Below the pieces are notes generated by a model, which saw only the letters and a program-made list of their open reading frames with translations, did no database searches and was not told the origin of the DNA. This document shows positions 25,016 through 37,911 of a stretch of 64,000 nt of DNA, in pieces. The stretch comes from Hydrolagus colliei (lineage: Eukaryota): assembly GCA_035084275.1 (NCBI GenBank), contig CM068746.1, positions 39,432,001 to 39,496,000 of the forward strand, read 5' to 3'. The first letter of the stretch is position 1, and each line of letters opens with the position of its first letter. The translations under genes were made by a program, and so were the position numbers.

Positions 25016-26632
25016 TACAGTATTAAGGATTATTATTTATAAAATTATTATTATTGTTCTCATCATGTTCCATCCAGGTTTCGTTATTCTAATGCTCTAC
25101 CATGCACATGCTGCAGACCATCCTGAACTCTGTAATCCATGTCCTCCCCCATAGCAAGGTGCTTGAGTTTACACTCTGGATTTTTACTGCATCATTTGCA
25201 TTAATTGCACCCAAATATAACAGAATTTCCGCAAACAGTGGAGTGCTACTGCAGCATTAGACAGATGTTTAGATCTTCCAATTCTAGCATGAACCATCTG
25301 GAGTTCAACGCTGTGCTAAGAAGAGACAAATATAAGGCAGATTTGTTCCCAGTGGTTCTAACCTACTCCATGTTATGTAGGAAATCGATGATGACGTATT
25401 ATGTATCACTGGTCATAACCAGACTATAGAAAAGGCGATCTTGGGAGAGGTCCACCCAGCCCTTCTCTCTTGCTCAGGATCCACCTTTGTCCCTGTAAAA
25501 CGCTCTGACACATTTCCCTACATTAAAGGTGAAATACAGTATACAGTAATTACAAGTTGTTGTTTTGGGGCAAGTGTTCAGATACTTTGCACTTGATCTC
25601 TCTGCCTTCCTTCCACCTTCCCTTTCCACTTTCAAAATCAGCCTAAAAACGTTCCTCTTCCCCTACACCAGGTTGGTCTGATTTCCTCCTCAACACCCAA
25701 CCTCCCCATCCCTACCTCCATGTCATCTGGCCCACACCTGCTCACTCCATAACCCATAAATGTTATGTCGTGTTTCTGGAAGGGTTACACAAACACATTG
25801 CTGATGCAGTCTGCTGACGTTTGTCTCAAATCGGGCAGTTTTGTCCACAAAGTGTACAGCCAATTCAATTTACAATATATTCTGTGAAGCTCTTTGAGAC
25901 GTCTCAAAGATGTTATATAAGTGCAACTTGTTGTTGTTGCTTTATTTTAGGACCTCAGAGAGGAATTTATTCAGTCCTACATTTGAATTGGCTGTTGTAC
26001 AGAGTTGAACAGCTTGGTTTGGAAAGGTGCCTTTATCAGAAGTGATTACATCTGTTGAGAGACTTATTGGAAATATTCTAGTTGGATTTTTTGACTTTGA
26101 AATTCATGTTGATTTTTTTTTTGGCGCTAGGGAGAGAATAACACACACACAGAAAGAAATGGTGTTTGGACCGAATCTTGAATTTAATGATAGTAATCCT
26201 TACATTTATTAATAATATTACTAATCCACAAGGTGTATTTCCTAAAGCTTCTATAAACTCAGAAGAAAGTAGAGGAGGGGAAGCCAAGGGAAGGGTGCAG
26301 AAAACTTGGTTCTGTTCCTAATATGAAATATTGCTGATGTACAATGTTATACATCTCCTACTGTTATGCACTGCAAAACATTGGCTCCTGTTGTCAAGCC
26401 ACTTCACGTGTGGCAGCCATTCACGCTAGCAGCTGTCATACCTTCTCTAGAGATAGGCAAGGCAGACACAGTTGTCCTTGTGCTTGTTCTTCAAGCAACA
26501 CAATCTTAATCCAGACAAGCCCGTCACATGCAGATAATCAGTCATTTCTGCAGCTTGGATGGATATAAATTGCAGTCTTTCAATCTCCGTGCTTCTCGTT
26601 TGTATGCCTTCCCCTTCAGCTACTAATTGACC

Positions 26633-26760
26633 TTATATTGTTTGTGATCAGCCAGGCGTCTGACACCCGTTGGAACCCGTTGCCACGTTTAAGAGTTTCA
26701 AAGCCAGACTGAGAGTTCCACAGGCAACGCACACTTATTCCCTGGATTGACATACCCCAC
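26633..26760 (+). repeat. Unassigned dispersed repeat, copy 1
   Basis: GATCAGCCAGGCGTCTGACAC...TTAAGAGTTTCAAAGCCAGACTGAGAGTTCCA aligns by eye to the copies at 36965, 40300 and 54461. Confidence 0.65.
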
Positions 26761-27224
26761 TTTACCTAAGTCTGGAGAGCATTTTTCCACAAAATTTGCA
26801 GTCAATTCACTGCACAGTATATTCTGTGAAGTGTTTTGAGGCTTCTCGAAGACACGATGAGGCTCTATATCAAATGCAAAGATTATCATTATTACTTGTT
26901 AGGCACAGGTTGCCCAGAGCCAAAGGTTTAGGGATGCTAGAGTGTGTTGGGGAAACCACTGAAGCTACATAGCTTGCCATGAATAGCCTGACTTGGCAAA
27001 CTTCCTGCCTCTTGTTCAGCTAGGACCACTCTAGCTATTGGGGCTTAAGCGGAGCTGTGCTGAGAAGAATCCCTGACCCAAATGACTGGTCCACCCTTCC
27101 GAGTCCTGCCAATAAGCCAAACTGGCTTGGCTGTTATCTTCAGTGCCCTGGAGTTTGGTGGATTACTGATTCCGATACAGAGGATTGACTTGATTCCGAC
27201 ATTCTACTGCCAAGCACATCATCT

Positions 27225-27564
27225 TAATAATAATAATAATAATAATCCTTGCATTTGATATAGCGCTTTTCACATCTTATCGACGTCCCAAAGCGCTTCA
27301 CAGAACATACTGTAAAGTTAATTGACTGTATGTTTGTGGGCGAATGGCGGCAGCCAATTGCGCACAGCAGCGTCCCCCACAAACAGTCGTGGATTGAAAT
27401 GACCAATTTTATTATTGTGGTTTTTTTGGACGGATTATTATTAGGCGTGTGGAGTAAGGAAACTTGCTCAAGGTTTCGCCCTGACCTGCCAGGATTCGAA
27501 CACAGGTCTCCCCAGCTTGGTCTCCCCAGCTTGCAAGACAAGTGCTCTAACCACTGAGCCACAG
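27225..27564 (-). mobile_element. Young family B SINE with a perfect 14-nt head duplication
   Basis: (GTCTCCCCAGCTTG)x2 at 27506-27533; nearly identical to 16567-16914. Confidence 0.9.
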
Positions 27565-28064
27565 TTGCTGCAGATAACATCTTGGAGCCAGTCCAGTTCC
27601 AAGGGCCCTCTGCTTACCTCACCCCCCACCCCCCTCCCCCACACCATCCAAGGACGATGGTTTATACTTCATCTCCCTATTCAACAACAACAATAACAAC
27701 AACAAATTACATTTATTTAGCGCTTTTGAATTCAGGAGGACGTCTCATATGCTCTATATAAACATGCATGGTTTGGGCTATAATCCCCAAACTGAGGGAG
27801 GGAGGGAGGGAGGGAGCAGTCCGTGAAAAAATGTGGGCTGAAATTCCACCTAGTCTCCATCTGTAAGGCTGTTTTCTCTTAACATTGGAGGCTGAGCAGA
27901 ACAATGGAAAATTCTTATTTTTTTGAAGGAATATTTTTGTGACCTCAAAGTTTTGATTTCCCTCATGTGATGTGGAGACATTAGTAACATATTCAGTCAG
28001 TTCTGAGCAACTAACTTTATATTTCAAGCCAATGTTCTCTCTTTTTCATCTAAATGGGCTACTA

Positions 28065-28380
28065 ATACTAATAATAATATTCCTTGTATTTGATGCAGCT
28101 TATCACATTATCCAGACAACTCAAAGTCCTTCAAAGAATATACTGTAAAGTGAACTGACTATATTTTGTGGGCGAAACGCAACAGCCAATTGTGCACAGC
28201 AGTGTACCACAAACCGTCATGGATTGACTGGCCAAATTATTATTTTTATATTTTTTCTTGAGGGATTATTATCAGGCGTGTGAAGTAAGGAAACTGGCCC
28301 ACGGTTTCGCCTCGGCTGGAATCAAACCCAGGTCTCTCGCTTGCAAGTTGAAAGCTCTAACAACTGAGCTACAGGACTCC
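28065..28380 (-). mobile_element. Family B SINE, full-length
   Basis: Ends CTGAGCTACAGGACTCC at 28380. Confidence 0.85.
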
Positions 28381-29054
28381 ACGCTAGTTATTAGGTGGCC
28401 TTGGATCCAACATTGCCTGAGAAACAGCATTTCTCAGCCTGCTATCTTAAGGACAGTCTTGTACCCCTGCTTGTTCCAGCACTGGCTTATCCTTGGTTAA
28501 GATAGCAAATGATAATTGCTTCCCCTGGGGTGCAAGTAAATCGTGAGAACACCTGTCCATTATTCCAGCTCAGATATGGCAGGAACCATAAATTATGTTG
28601 TCACCTAATCTGCTTTTAATCAAAACCGCGTCCTTCATTCCATGAGTAAACACAACATAGAGGCTGTCATTCACATATGATAAAACAGGTGAGTTCATGC
28701 TACAGGGCTCCCCGTTGCTCTGAGCTAATTCAACCCCCACAGTTCCTTCTCTACATCTCAATGTTTAGAAGAAAGAGAAGAAATCTGGTAGAGAAGCACA
28801 ATTTTAACCATGTATTCCATTCTCTCTGAGTCAAAAAGTTATGTCATTTGAATTTATATTACAACAACAACTTGCATTTTGATAGCATCCCTCACACGGG
28901 GTAAAGTCCTGGAACACATATCACATTATAGGCCATTACCCCTTGTTGTGAGAGGGTTTCTTATCACAGTTGCTGGTGTTTGGGTTAAGCTGAGAACCTG
29001 TGTGTGAGTTCAGTTGGATAAAACATCACAACATCCAAGCTGAAGCAGTGGCGA

Positions 29055-29360
29055 TCATAACAATCCTTGCATATGATGTTTCTTGTATTAAGTCAAAATA
29101 TCTCAAGTGCTTCACAGATAATTACTGTAAGATGTAGTGACTGTGTGTTTTTGTGGGTAAACACAGATACCAAATTTGCTATCTTAACTGTCTAGCTCTT
29201 GTGAGTAACGTCTCACAAACAGCTATGAAGTGAATGACTAATTTTATCAGGAGATTGTTGACTAGGACACTGGGAGAGAGAACTCCCTTCTCTGTTCGAA
29301 TAGCATCACAAGATCTTAAACATACACCTGAACAGGCGCAGACAGGTCCACAGCTCAGTG
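29055..29360 (-). mobile_element. Family C SINE fragment
   Basis: Reverse tail and Deu segment GATCTTAAACATACACCTGAACAGG. Confidence 0.7.
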
Positions 29361-29509
29361 ATTCACCCGGGGAAAAATGCTATTGTTTTCCTAAGGAAGA
29401 CGCAAACACAATTTAATTTTCCTTTATCTTTTGGACAATAATCCTCCGACCACGCACAGAATGTACACTTACTGAAACCATCACAATAATGGCAGAGTAG
29501 ATTCAATCA

Positions 29510-29733
29510 CGACTTCAGTGAGCGAGCAGTAAATGTATGGATCAGGCTCCCTGGAGAGATGGTGGAAGCAGTCGATTCTTTCAAGGACAAATTAGATAGA
29601 TTTCTGTTAGGAAATAATACCTTGGGATACATTATATAATTTGGGACACAACATGTTAAGTGACTGCCAGGATGGTGGAAGGCAAACTAGATGGACATTG
29701 GTGTTCTTTCGCCCAGTAAATTCTTATGTTCTT
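29510..29733 (+). mobile_element. CR1 LINE 3' end
   Basis: Encodes VWIRLPGEMVEAVDSFKDKLDRFL; ends TTCTTATGTTCTTA. Confidence 0.85.
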
Positions 29734-30693
29734 AATCCGGTAACCTCTGGGCTACGAACTTGCCAAACAGCCATTAATCGGAGCTTCTCTGTCTAGCTCT
29801 TGGCTGTTATAATGAACCTGCCTTTGGAAGCACACAGAAAGGTGCAGAAGTTCCATTATCCACCAAAGTGATATGGTAATGTGAGTGACAGTGTGCTTTT
29901 GGCGACGGCTGGATATTAGCAATGGGGCTTCTCTGTCACGTAGTGACTCTAGAAATTACCAGGACAGCCTTCAGCCCTTTCTGCAGTGGCATCTTTGCAT
30001 ATTCAATGGATCTGAGAACAGCAGTGTGTACTTTATCAAAATAAAGGTGTAATGAAAGGGTGGCCCAGGGCAGGTATGCGTTGGTACTCAGGGTGAATTT
30101 CTGATGAGCTTCTGTCTGGCTATCTGAGAAGAAGGAGGCACGGCAGAGTCTTGCAGCGTATTGATTAGAGGAGCTATACAAATATAACTTGTTTTTCTAT
30201 TAATAATAATAAGCCTTGCATTTGATAGAGCGCCTCATCACGTTTTCGAGATGTCTCAAAACCCTTCACGGAATACATAGTAAAGAGAATTGATTGTATG
30301 TTTTGTGGGCAAAATGCAGCAGCCAATTGGGCATAGTAGTGTCCTACAAACAGTTGATTGAGTGTCCAATAAATTATTTTTATTATTATTTGGTGTTGTT
30401 GATGACAATAAGAGAATCTTCTCCACTCTTGAGTTGGTGGAACTTTCAAAGGCTTTTGTGAATTTATCATCAAGAAACATTCTCAAGCTCATTGGAAATC
30501 ACTTTTGATGTCCTTACAACCACTGTCTTCACAATCCATGTCTTTACAATAACAACCAATTACATTTGTATAATGCCCTTCATATCCGGAGGACGTCTCA
30601 AGGTGCTGGGACCTGTTGTGTACTGGTGGGCCTTGGGAAGGCCTAATATGTTTTATTTTGGTCAGCTGGGTGATCATCAGTATCCAAACCAAA

Positions 30694-31011
30694 CTGTGGT
30701 TCCCAACCTTGGGTCTCGACCCAAATCAGGCTCGTGGGGCCTCAGTAGGGTCGTGAAGGGTCATCAGAAATTTTTGTTGTTGCTTTTTTTAATGCTCAAA
30801 ATGCTTTTTTAATGTTGAAATGTGCCCGAGGCGACACCGCCGACCAATTTGTATGAAAGACCATACTAGCGAGTTGCACTGAGTCCACAAAAGAGGAGAT
30901 ATCATCTTGGCTGAGCTTCGCTTCAGTCGCGCAGTCGCCCCCCTAAGGGACGGGAGGAACCGTTGGTGGTTAATTTAAGGTTACAGCAAAAAAAAAGGTT
31001 GGGAACCTCTG
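30694..31011. mobile_element. Non-autonomous hAT (Charlie-type) DNA transposon / MITE
   Basis: TIRs CTGTGGTTCCCAACCTT (30694) and AAGGTTGGGAACCTCTG (ending 31011), 15/17 complementary; 8-bp TSD not recognisable. Confidence 0.8.
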
Positions 31012-32338
31012 GCCAGAATATTCAGCAGAAGTTGGCTTGGGAATCCCAGAGTGTGCAGAGATGTACTGTTGGGAGTTTAAGCAGCTAAAATGACATAGTT
31101 GACTGACTGTCATAGTTGATAGCATCTGCTGATGAGCCAATCAAGCTGGTCTTGTCACCAGCAGTGCCCTGGAATACTGTATTCCAGTCCTGAGCGGAAT
31201 CTAAGATATCACCACAGAGGGTAAAACTGGGCAATGAGGAGGACCTGCTTTCTCCCTCCTCCAAGAAGGATAGAAAAGGAATAGAAGAGAAACAGGGCTT
31301 TACAGAATTGCTATCTGTGTTTTATCCCCTGTTGGAAATCCTCTTCAGAGCTATTTGATTCACGCTTCATTCAAAAGTCAGCCAAATGCAGATGATAATT
31401 TGAGTGGATCTCACACTAGCTCCTTCAAATGGACATAAGTGGAATTACATATCCACAATGTGCACTTACATTTTTTTTAAATACAATAATAATAATAATC
31501 CTTCCATTTGATTTAGCGGCTTATCACGTCTTCAAGACATCTCAAAGCACTTTTTCCAAATTTTTGCTGAATAAAAAAGATGCCGTATTAGGTATATTTG
31601 AATGCTATCTTAAAAATTGCAATTTTTAATCCATGGCAAAGTGGTTTATTCTTAGCTAGAAATTGGAAGCTCTGTAGCTTGTAATCATTTTTTTTAAAAA
31701 TAGATCAGTGATGTCTTCAGAGTAAATGAGAAAGATGGAGAATTGCATGGAGATAGAGAGAAAAAGTGTGTGTGCGAAAGGGAGAGACAGAGGGAAGAAG
31801 GGGGTTGGGAAAGAGATCTTAATAGTGAATTTAAGAAAATCCCTTTCCCAATTTTTCCCCTGGAATGCTACACTTGTCCTAGCAATCGGCCCTGATTATT
31901 TGTTTGCATCCACATGTCCTATTTGCCCAATAGTGATGATATCAAAACATGTATTCGAATTTCCGAGCTAAGGACATTGAGATCTTATTTGCTGGGAAGA
32001 TGAACCCGGCTGTGGGAGAGGTTGAGTGAGGTGGCAAGGAGTGTGACAGCTGTAATGTGTTTAGAAATAAGACAATGTGGAAAGTATAATGTAGAAACAT
32101 CAGGAATTCTGAGTCCACAGAACTCGACCCAAACTTATCCTGTAAGATCATTTCGTCTTGAGATTTAAAATCGCATAAAGTGTGCAGCATCTTTCAATTC
32201 ACCTCCAAAAATACACAGACACTACGCTTCACAGACAATCCTGTGAAACGCTGTGAGATGTCCTCCTGATGTGAAAGATGATGTGACAAATAAAAGGATT
32301 GTTTAGGATTTGCCACAGATACAGTCAATCGACTTTAG

Positions 32339-32520
32339 AGAGTCCTGTAGCTCAATTTCAATCCACGACTGTTTGCGGGACGCTGTTGTGCGCAATTGGC
32401 TGCCACGTTTCGCCCACAAATATACAGTCAATTCACATTACACTATATTCCACACAGCGCTTTGAGACATCTAGAAGACGTGAAAAGTGCTATATCAAAT
32501 GCAAGGATTATTATTATTTA
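32339..32520 (+). mobile_element. Internally deleted family B SINE
   Basis: AGTCCTGTAGCTCA fused to ATTTCAATCCACGACTG. Confidence 0.8.
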
Positions 32521-34009
32521 TAGTATATTCTATGAAAGGCTTTGAGACCTCTCAACAATGATTATTATTATTATTATTACTATTATTATTATTTCAGTTT
32601 TAGTTTGGAAGCCATTGTTTCCACAGTTCTTAAACAGTAATTTCTAAATTAAGACTGATTTTTTAAATTAAAAAATCCTTAATTTGACACAATGTTAAGA
32701 TTAAACAGGCCTCCAGTCTAAGACGGACGAGAATTCCCCATAGATTTTCCAACCCAAACCTTATCAGTAAATTCTGGAGCCGTTTTCCTGATCGCACTCT
32801 TTCACGTTTCAAGCTGCTTCTGTGTTGGACAGGCAATTGGGGAGCAGTTAAGGTCAAATACGAATGTGAAAAGGAATCACACAACAAATGGTAAAGAAAG
32901 TATCTTATATGTCTCCCGTTTACATCGTATACTATGCTCTCCGCATAATATACATAGGATTAGAATTATACATAATGACATTCTTAAAGATATTGTCTGA
33001 TGGGAAGGACATTAATGTAATACATGCTCCCGAGCAAATTCTGAAATTAAAGAGCTATTAATTCCTACTCCAACCCCCTTCAGGCTTTGTTTATCTGTTG
33101 GCTGCAGACTTCTCCTGTAAGCGACCCTGCCATACGGCTATTCATTATTCTTTCACCCGCAGTCGTTTCATATTTTTTTCTCTCTCTCAACTCTTGGGCT
33201 GATGTGTACACTTTCCTCGTTCGAAAGTTGCGGAGTCTATTTTCTGAATAATTCTAATGTGTTTTCCTGAATCTAAAATCACTTAATGGAAACGCAGTTA
33301 AGTACAGAAAAATGGACTGTCTGATCAGTGTCCATTTAAATAAAATCTCTTAGGATTAATAAATAATGAGGGAGATTTTATAGTACTGTAATAACAATGA
33401 GAATAATTCTTGAATTTGATTGATATCTCAAAGCGCTTCATTGAATATACTGTGAAGTGTGTACATATAGTATTGTTCAATAATAATATATATGTATTTC
33501 CAAACTTCAACCATTTGTGACAATTTCTCAGATGTCATCGACCTGCCTCTCTACTTGCTAAAGCAAGTTTCAAAATGTTTTCAAATGTATTAAAAATGTT
33601 AAAGAGTTTAGCATCTCAAAGCACTTTGCGGGACACTCTGTAAAGTAAATTGACTGTTTAATTTGTGGGCGAAAACACGACTGCCAATAGTGCATAGTAG
33701 TCTCCCACAGGCAGACGTGGATCACTGACCAATTTTTTAATTGAATACTATTGTGTTTAATAGTAATACAGGTAATGTCACTGGTTCAAAAATAATAATA
33801 ATAATAATAATAATCCTTGCATTTGACATAGTGTCTTATCACATCATTGAGACGTTTCAAAGTATGTTTGTGGGCCAAATCTGGCAGCCAATTGCATTAT
33901 AATTTTTCCAATGTGCTTCGAATGGTTTCCTTGTGTGCTGAAAATAAAATCCTACGCTCCTTCCCACTTTCAGCCTCCACCACCCCCCCCCACCCCCCCC
34001 TCTGTGAAT

Positions 34010-34318
34010 CTGGCGGAGCCCGGTAATCAAATTTACTGCTCGATTATTTAGAGATGAACCAGGCAATTAACCCGGCTGACCCCCGAGCCCGTGATTTGCT
34101 GAACTTCAGTGATGCCTGATTCTCAGTGGGTCACTGGAAGTCCACAATAGTTCATCGGCTGCTAGTTATTACGGGAATCCATCGACGAGATTCATCAGAC
34201 GTCCGCGGTCAGTTTGCTCGCTGATGAGCTCTGCGTGCTCGCTCTGTGAACGCTACCTCTGCTGGTTTTAATTAAGAGGCAATGCAGAAGCTCTCACACA
34301 TGCACACACACGCACGCA

Positions 34319-34350
<32 letters not shown>

Positions 34351-34700
34351 CAGTTCAGCCCGTTTGCACATCGGGCACTTAGGATATTTTTCCTATTGCA
34401 TTCACCTGATTTGACTCGCTTATTGAATAAGGACGCAAGCTCTCTCCCTCTCTCCATCATAGTCCATCAACGTTACGGAGTCAGATCGACAGACAGAGAG
34501 ACGGGAGTGAGTGTGGTCAGAGGAGGAGTAATGAGATAGCACAATTGATTAAGAGCTGATGGCATCTATTTGCCTTCTCTTAATGCGTCATAATAAAAGC
34601 TGTCTAAATTCACGTTGCAGTAAAGTCTGCTTTAGCGAGTGAAGAGGGAAAGGTGTCCGACAACCGAAAGATGGTCGCAAATCGTTGAAAATGCGCAGGG
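34010..34700. promoter_or_regulatory. CpG-rich island free of interspersed repeats (candidate enhancer or alternative promoter)
   Basis: About 17 CpGs counted in 34010-34260 against a CpG-poor background; TAATCA/TAATTA/CAATTA homeodomain-type cores; (CACG)n/(CA)n tract 34304-34351. Confidence 0.4.
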
Positions 34701-34991
34701 TCTGTTTCAGTATTAACTAATATATAATGCTTTCCATTCCCTGTGATATATGTAATCTGCTAAACACAAACTCTTACTATACACAATGCCTACTATTTAT
34801 TAGAATATATAATACTGTAATATAATAATAATTCTTGCATTTGATACTGCGCCTTATCATGTCTGAGAAACGTCCCAAAGCTCTTCACAGGCAGCATCTA
34901 TTTTTGCCCAAAGAGCACACAGTATAATCTGTGAAGCACTTTGAGATGTCTCAAAGATGTGATAAGGTGCTATATCAAATGCAAGGATTAT

Positions 34992-35226
34992 CACTCAGAG
35001 GGTAGTGAATTTATGGAATTCTCTACCCCCAAAGGGCTGTGGATGCTGAGTCCTTGAACATATTCAAGACTGAGATTGATGTATTTCTTATGGATAAAGG
35101 GATTAAGGGATATGGAGATAAGGCGGGTAGGTGGAGTTAGATTAGAAGATCAGCCACGATCTTATTGAATGGCGGGGCAGGCTTGAGGGGCCGAATGGCC
35201 TACTCCTGCTCCTAATTCTTATGTTT
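34992..35226 (+). mobile_element. CR1 LINE 3' end (third subfamily)
   Basis: TQRVVNLWNSLP...FKTEIDVFLMDKGIKGYG, hairpin GGGGCCGAATGGCCTACTCC, tail TTCTTATGTT. Confidence 0.9.
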
Positions 35227-35779
35227 TTATTATAGCTCAGAGTCACAGTTCCATTTTCCAAATAACCAACCGTTTTGAATTCATGGCATGGAGTGTCTAA
35301 CCAGCTTTCCATGGATGTTTTGAATCACAATGTGGACCCTGTTCTTTCCACAACCTGGGAACAATTCAGATATGCTGGATTGTGTAATCTCTCCCATACA
35401 GATCTGAAATATGCTCTGTGTTTTCCAAGATTACGCCTCAAAGTGGTTCATTTGTAAAGTAATCCTTCATTCCTGCACTTGACATCTCGCACCTTTCCTT
35501 CCAGAATGATTTATATTCATTTCCAAGGCCATTTGCTGAATGATGTACCTTGTTTAGCGCAGTTTGTTCCTTTCCTGCCTCTTATTGTAAAGTGATGCAC
35601 TGCTACGAAACTGGGATGAAGTAAGAAGGTAGCTCACTTAACGGTGTAAATTGGAGAACATTTTTTTGGTGACAGAAGCTACTTTGCGCTATCAAAATGA
35701 AAACGATCACTGCATTTTGTTCAATCAATGAATTGACACATTTTACAGCTATCCGCACTTGGAAAACCATATGACAGCT

Positions 35780-35960
35780 TGACTCAGCTGGTGGCATTCT
35801 TTCCTCTGAGTCCTTAGGTTGTGGCTTCAAGCCCCACATCGGGAGTTGGTGCCCATATTGTAAGTCTATGTTGACGCTGCAATGCAGTGTTGGGGGAACG
35901 CAGTATTTTTGGAGGTGCCACCCTTCCAATGAGACATTCATCTCTCCACGTCCCCCCACT
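35780..35960 (+). mobile_element. Family C SINE 5' half
   Basis: CAGCTTGACTCAGCTGG..CTCTGAGTC..TTCAAGCCCCACATC plus Deu start. Confidence 0.75.
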
Positions 35961-36964
35961 TGACAAGTGTGCAAACCCGGCCTTGTAAAGCAGTCTGAGA
36001 TGTGACCTGCATGAAGGGTACAATACAAATTGTTTTATATCATAGTACAATTATAATTGTTGTGGTTGTTGTAAATATACTCTATGTTGTAAGTTTACAG
36101 TATATTCTGTGAAGCGCTTTGAGATGTTTAGAAGGCGTGATAAGGCGCTATATCAGATGCAAGAGTTATTATTATTAAAAAAGAGACTACAATTCCCAGA
36201 AGACAATGCCTGCCTACCCAGTTGAAAGAGTGCACTCCAATCAAAAGGCAAGTCAATAGAGGCTAAAATATTCTTGCAAATAGAGAGAGAGAGGTAGCTA
36301 GTGCACAGGAGAAATGTAATCTTTCTCTCGCCCTGAGAAGAATCAATTTCTTCACTTTATCATCTCTTCGGGCTAAACAAGAGAGCTCGAATTTGGTATA
36401 ATGACAAAATAAGCATCAAATCGATCACAATAACTTTCTGCATCCTCGTAGGGTGAGAGGTTAATGATGCACGAGACTACGACTACAGGCTTGGAGCTAG
36501 TTATTTCAAATCTGTTGACTCTCACATGAGGGAATCACAAAAAATGTTTGCTGAAATACATATTCACCCCTCGGGAAGCATCAGTAGTATAAGGACATCT
36601 GGAGAAAGGTTCATTGGGGAAACATCTCATCAAGAAAATCACTTGGGTAGCTGAGGGCCGAAATGTAGGTCAGTGCCAATGGCTTAAAAAAAAAGTAAGT
36701 GAGAGTTTGAGATAAATTAAGAAGTCGATGGATGACAATAAACTGGGATTTAAACGCCAAGAGTCTGAGAACAAAAGTAAGGAATTGGAGCCAAATGCAA
36801 TTCCAACTTACAATTTTTAAGAGAGAAGTGGGTAGATAAGGCGCAATATCAAATGCAAGGATTATTATTACTGTTTCATTATCAGGTTTCTGTCAGCCAC
36901 CTGTCCGAGTGGCCCAGATTCCTTATTATCTGATACTTTCTGGAATTAGCTAAACAGGATGCAT

Positions 36965-37110
36965 CTTTCAATGCATTCCATTCTAACAATCTATCTCTGC
37001 ATGGATGCATGGCTGCATGGAATTCTCAGCTTGGTTTGAATACACTTAAGCATAAGAGTAGACACCTGTCAGACACCTGGCTGATAATTTACTTGAAGAA
37101 ATCTCTTTGA
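36965..37110 (-). repeat. Unassigned dispersed repeat, copy 2
   Basis: Reverse ATCAGCCAGGTGTCTGACA...CTTAAGTGTATTCAAACCAAGCTGAGAATTCCA...TTGTTAGAATGGAATGCA. Confidence 0.65.
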
Positions 37111-37357
37111 GAAATACTAGCAATTAGAACCCCCCCACCACCATCTATTCTCCAAACACTATAGACATCACCCCTGCTATCTCTCTCACCTGCTATTGAC
37201 TTTACTTGTCTTCCTGCTTCAAAATCTCCATTCATGTTTTACTGCATTCAGTTCCACCATCTCAATGGAGAGAACTCCCACATGACGTTTCCCAGATAGG
37301 ATCCATTCTATCGTCAAGAGTACCAGTGTTTAGCCACACAATTATATGCACATCCCA

Positions 37358-37830
37358 TTAATAATAATAATAATAATAATCCTTCCATTTGATGTAGTGC
37401 CTCTTCATGTCTCAAAGCATTTAGCAGAATGTACATTAAAGTGGATACAGAGGCAGACAATTACGCACAGCAATGTCCCACAAAAAAGTCATAGATTAAG
37501 TGACCAAATTATTATTATTGGTTTTGGGGGGCGATTATTATTCCTGGAAAGCGATACACCAACCATCTAACAACTAGTTTCCTACTCACTGCTAGTTACT
37601 TACTACTTCTCTTCGACCGAGCTTTCGGTCACCTTCTTGCCCCTGCCCCTGGCTCGGTCCTGGGATCCGCTACTGTGAAGCGCTCTGAGATGCCGTTGGG
37701 CGTGGAGGGCGCTATATAAATCGAAGTTGTTGTTGTTGTTGTTGTAGATAAACAAAGACATGTGGAATGTCTCTGTCTCTGAGGAAACTTGGCTAAAGTT
37801 TCGCCGTGCGTGGGAATCGAACCTGGGTCT
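37358..37830 (-). mobile_element. Family A SINE with a nested sense L2 3' end (~37606-37744)
   Basis: SINE split at CTGCTAG / TAGATAAAC by CTCTTCGACCGAGCTTTCGG...(GTT)n. Confidence 0.85.
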
Positions 37831-37911
37831 TCTTTGGTGCTACTGGTAGACATTCCCTTCTCATTACTTAAGCGTTGGTCACTATTTTCCAAGCTGATAC
37901 ACCACAACACG

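Noticed and set aside
29188-29802. 14-mer CTGTCTAGCTCTTG repeated 600 bp apart
   Set aside because: One such match is plausible by chance in a window this size; no extension beyond 14 nt
34222-34255. Hammerhead core CTGATGAG in the CpG-rich island
   Set aside because: No stem II followed by GAAA; the same applies to CTGATGAG at ~30101 and ~31129
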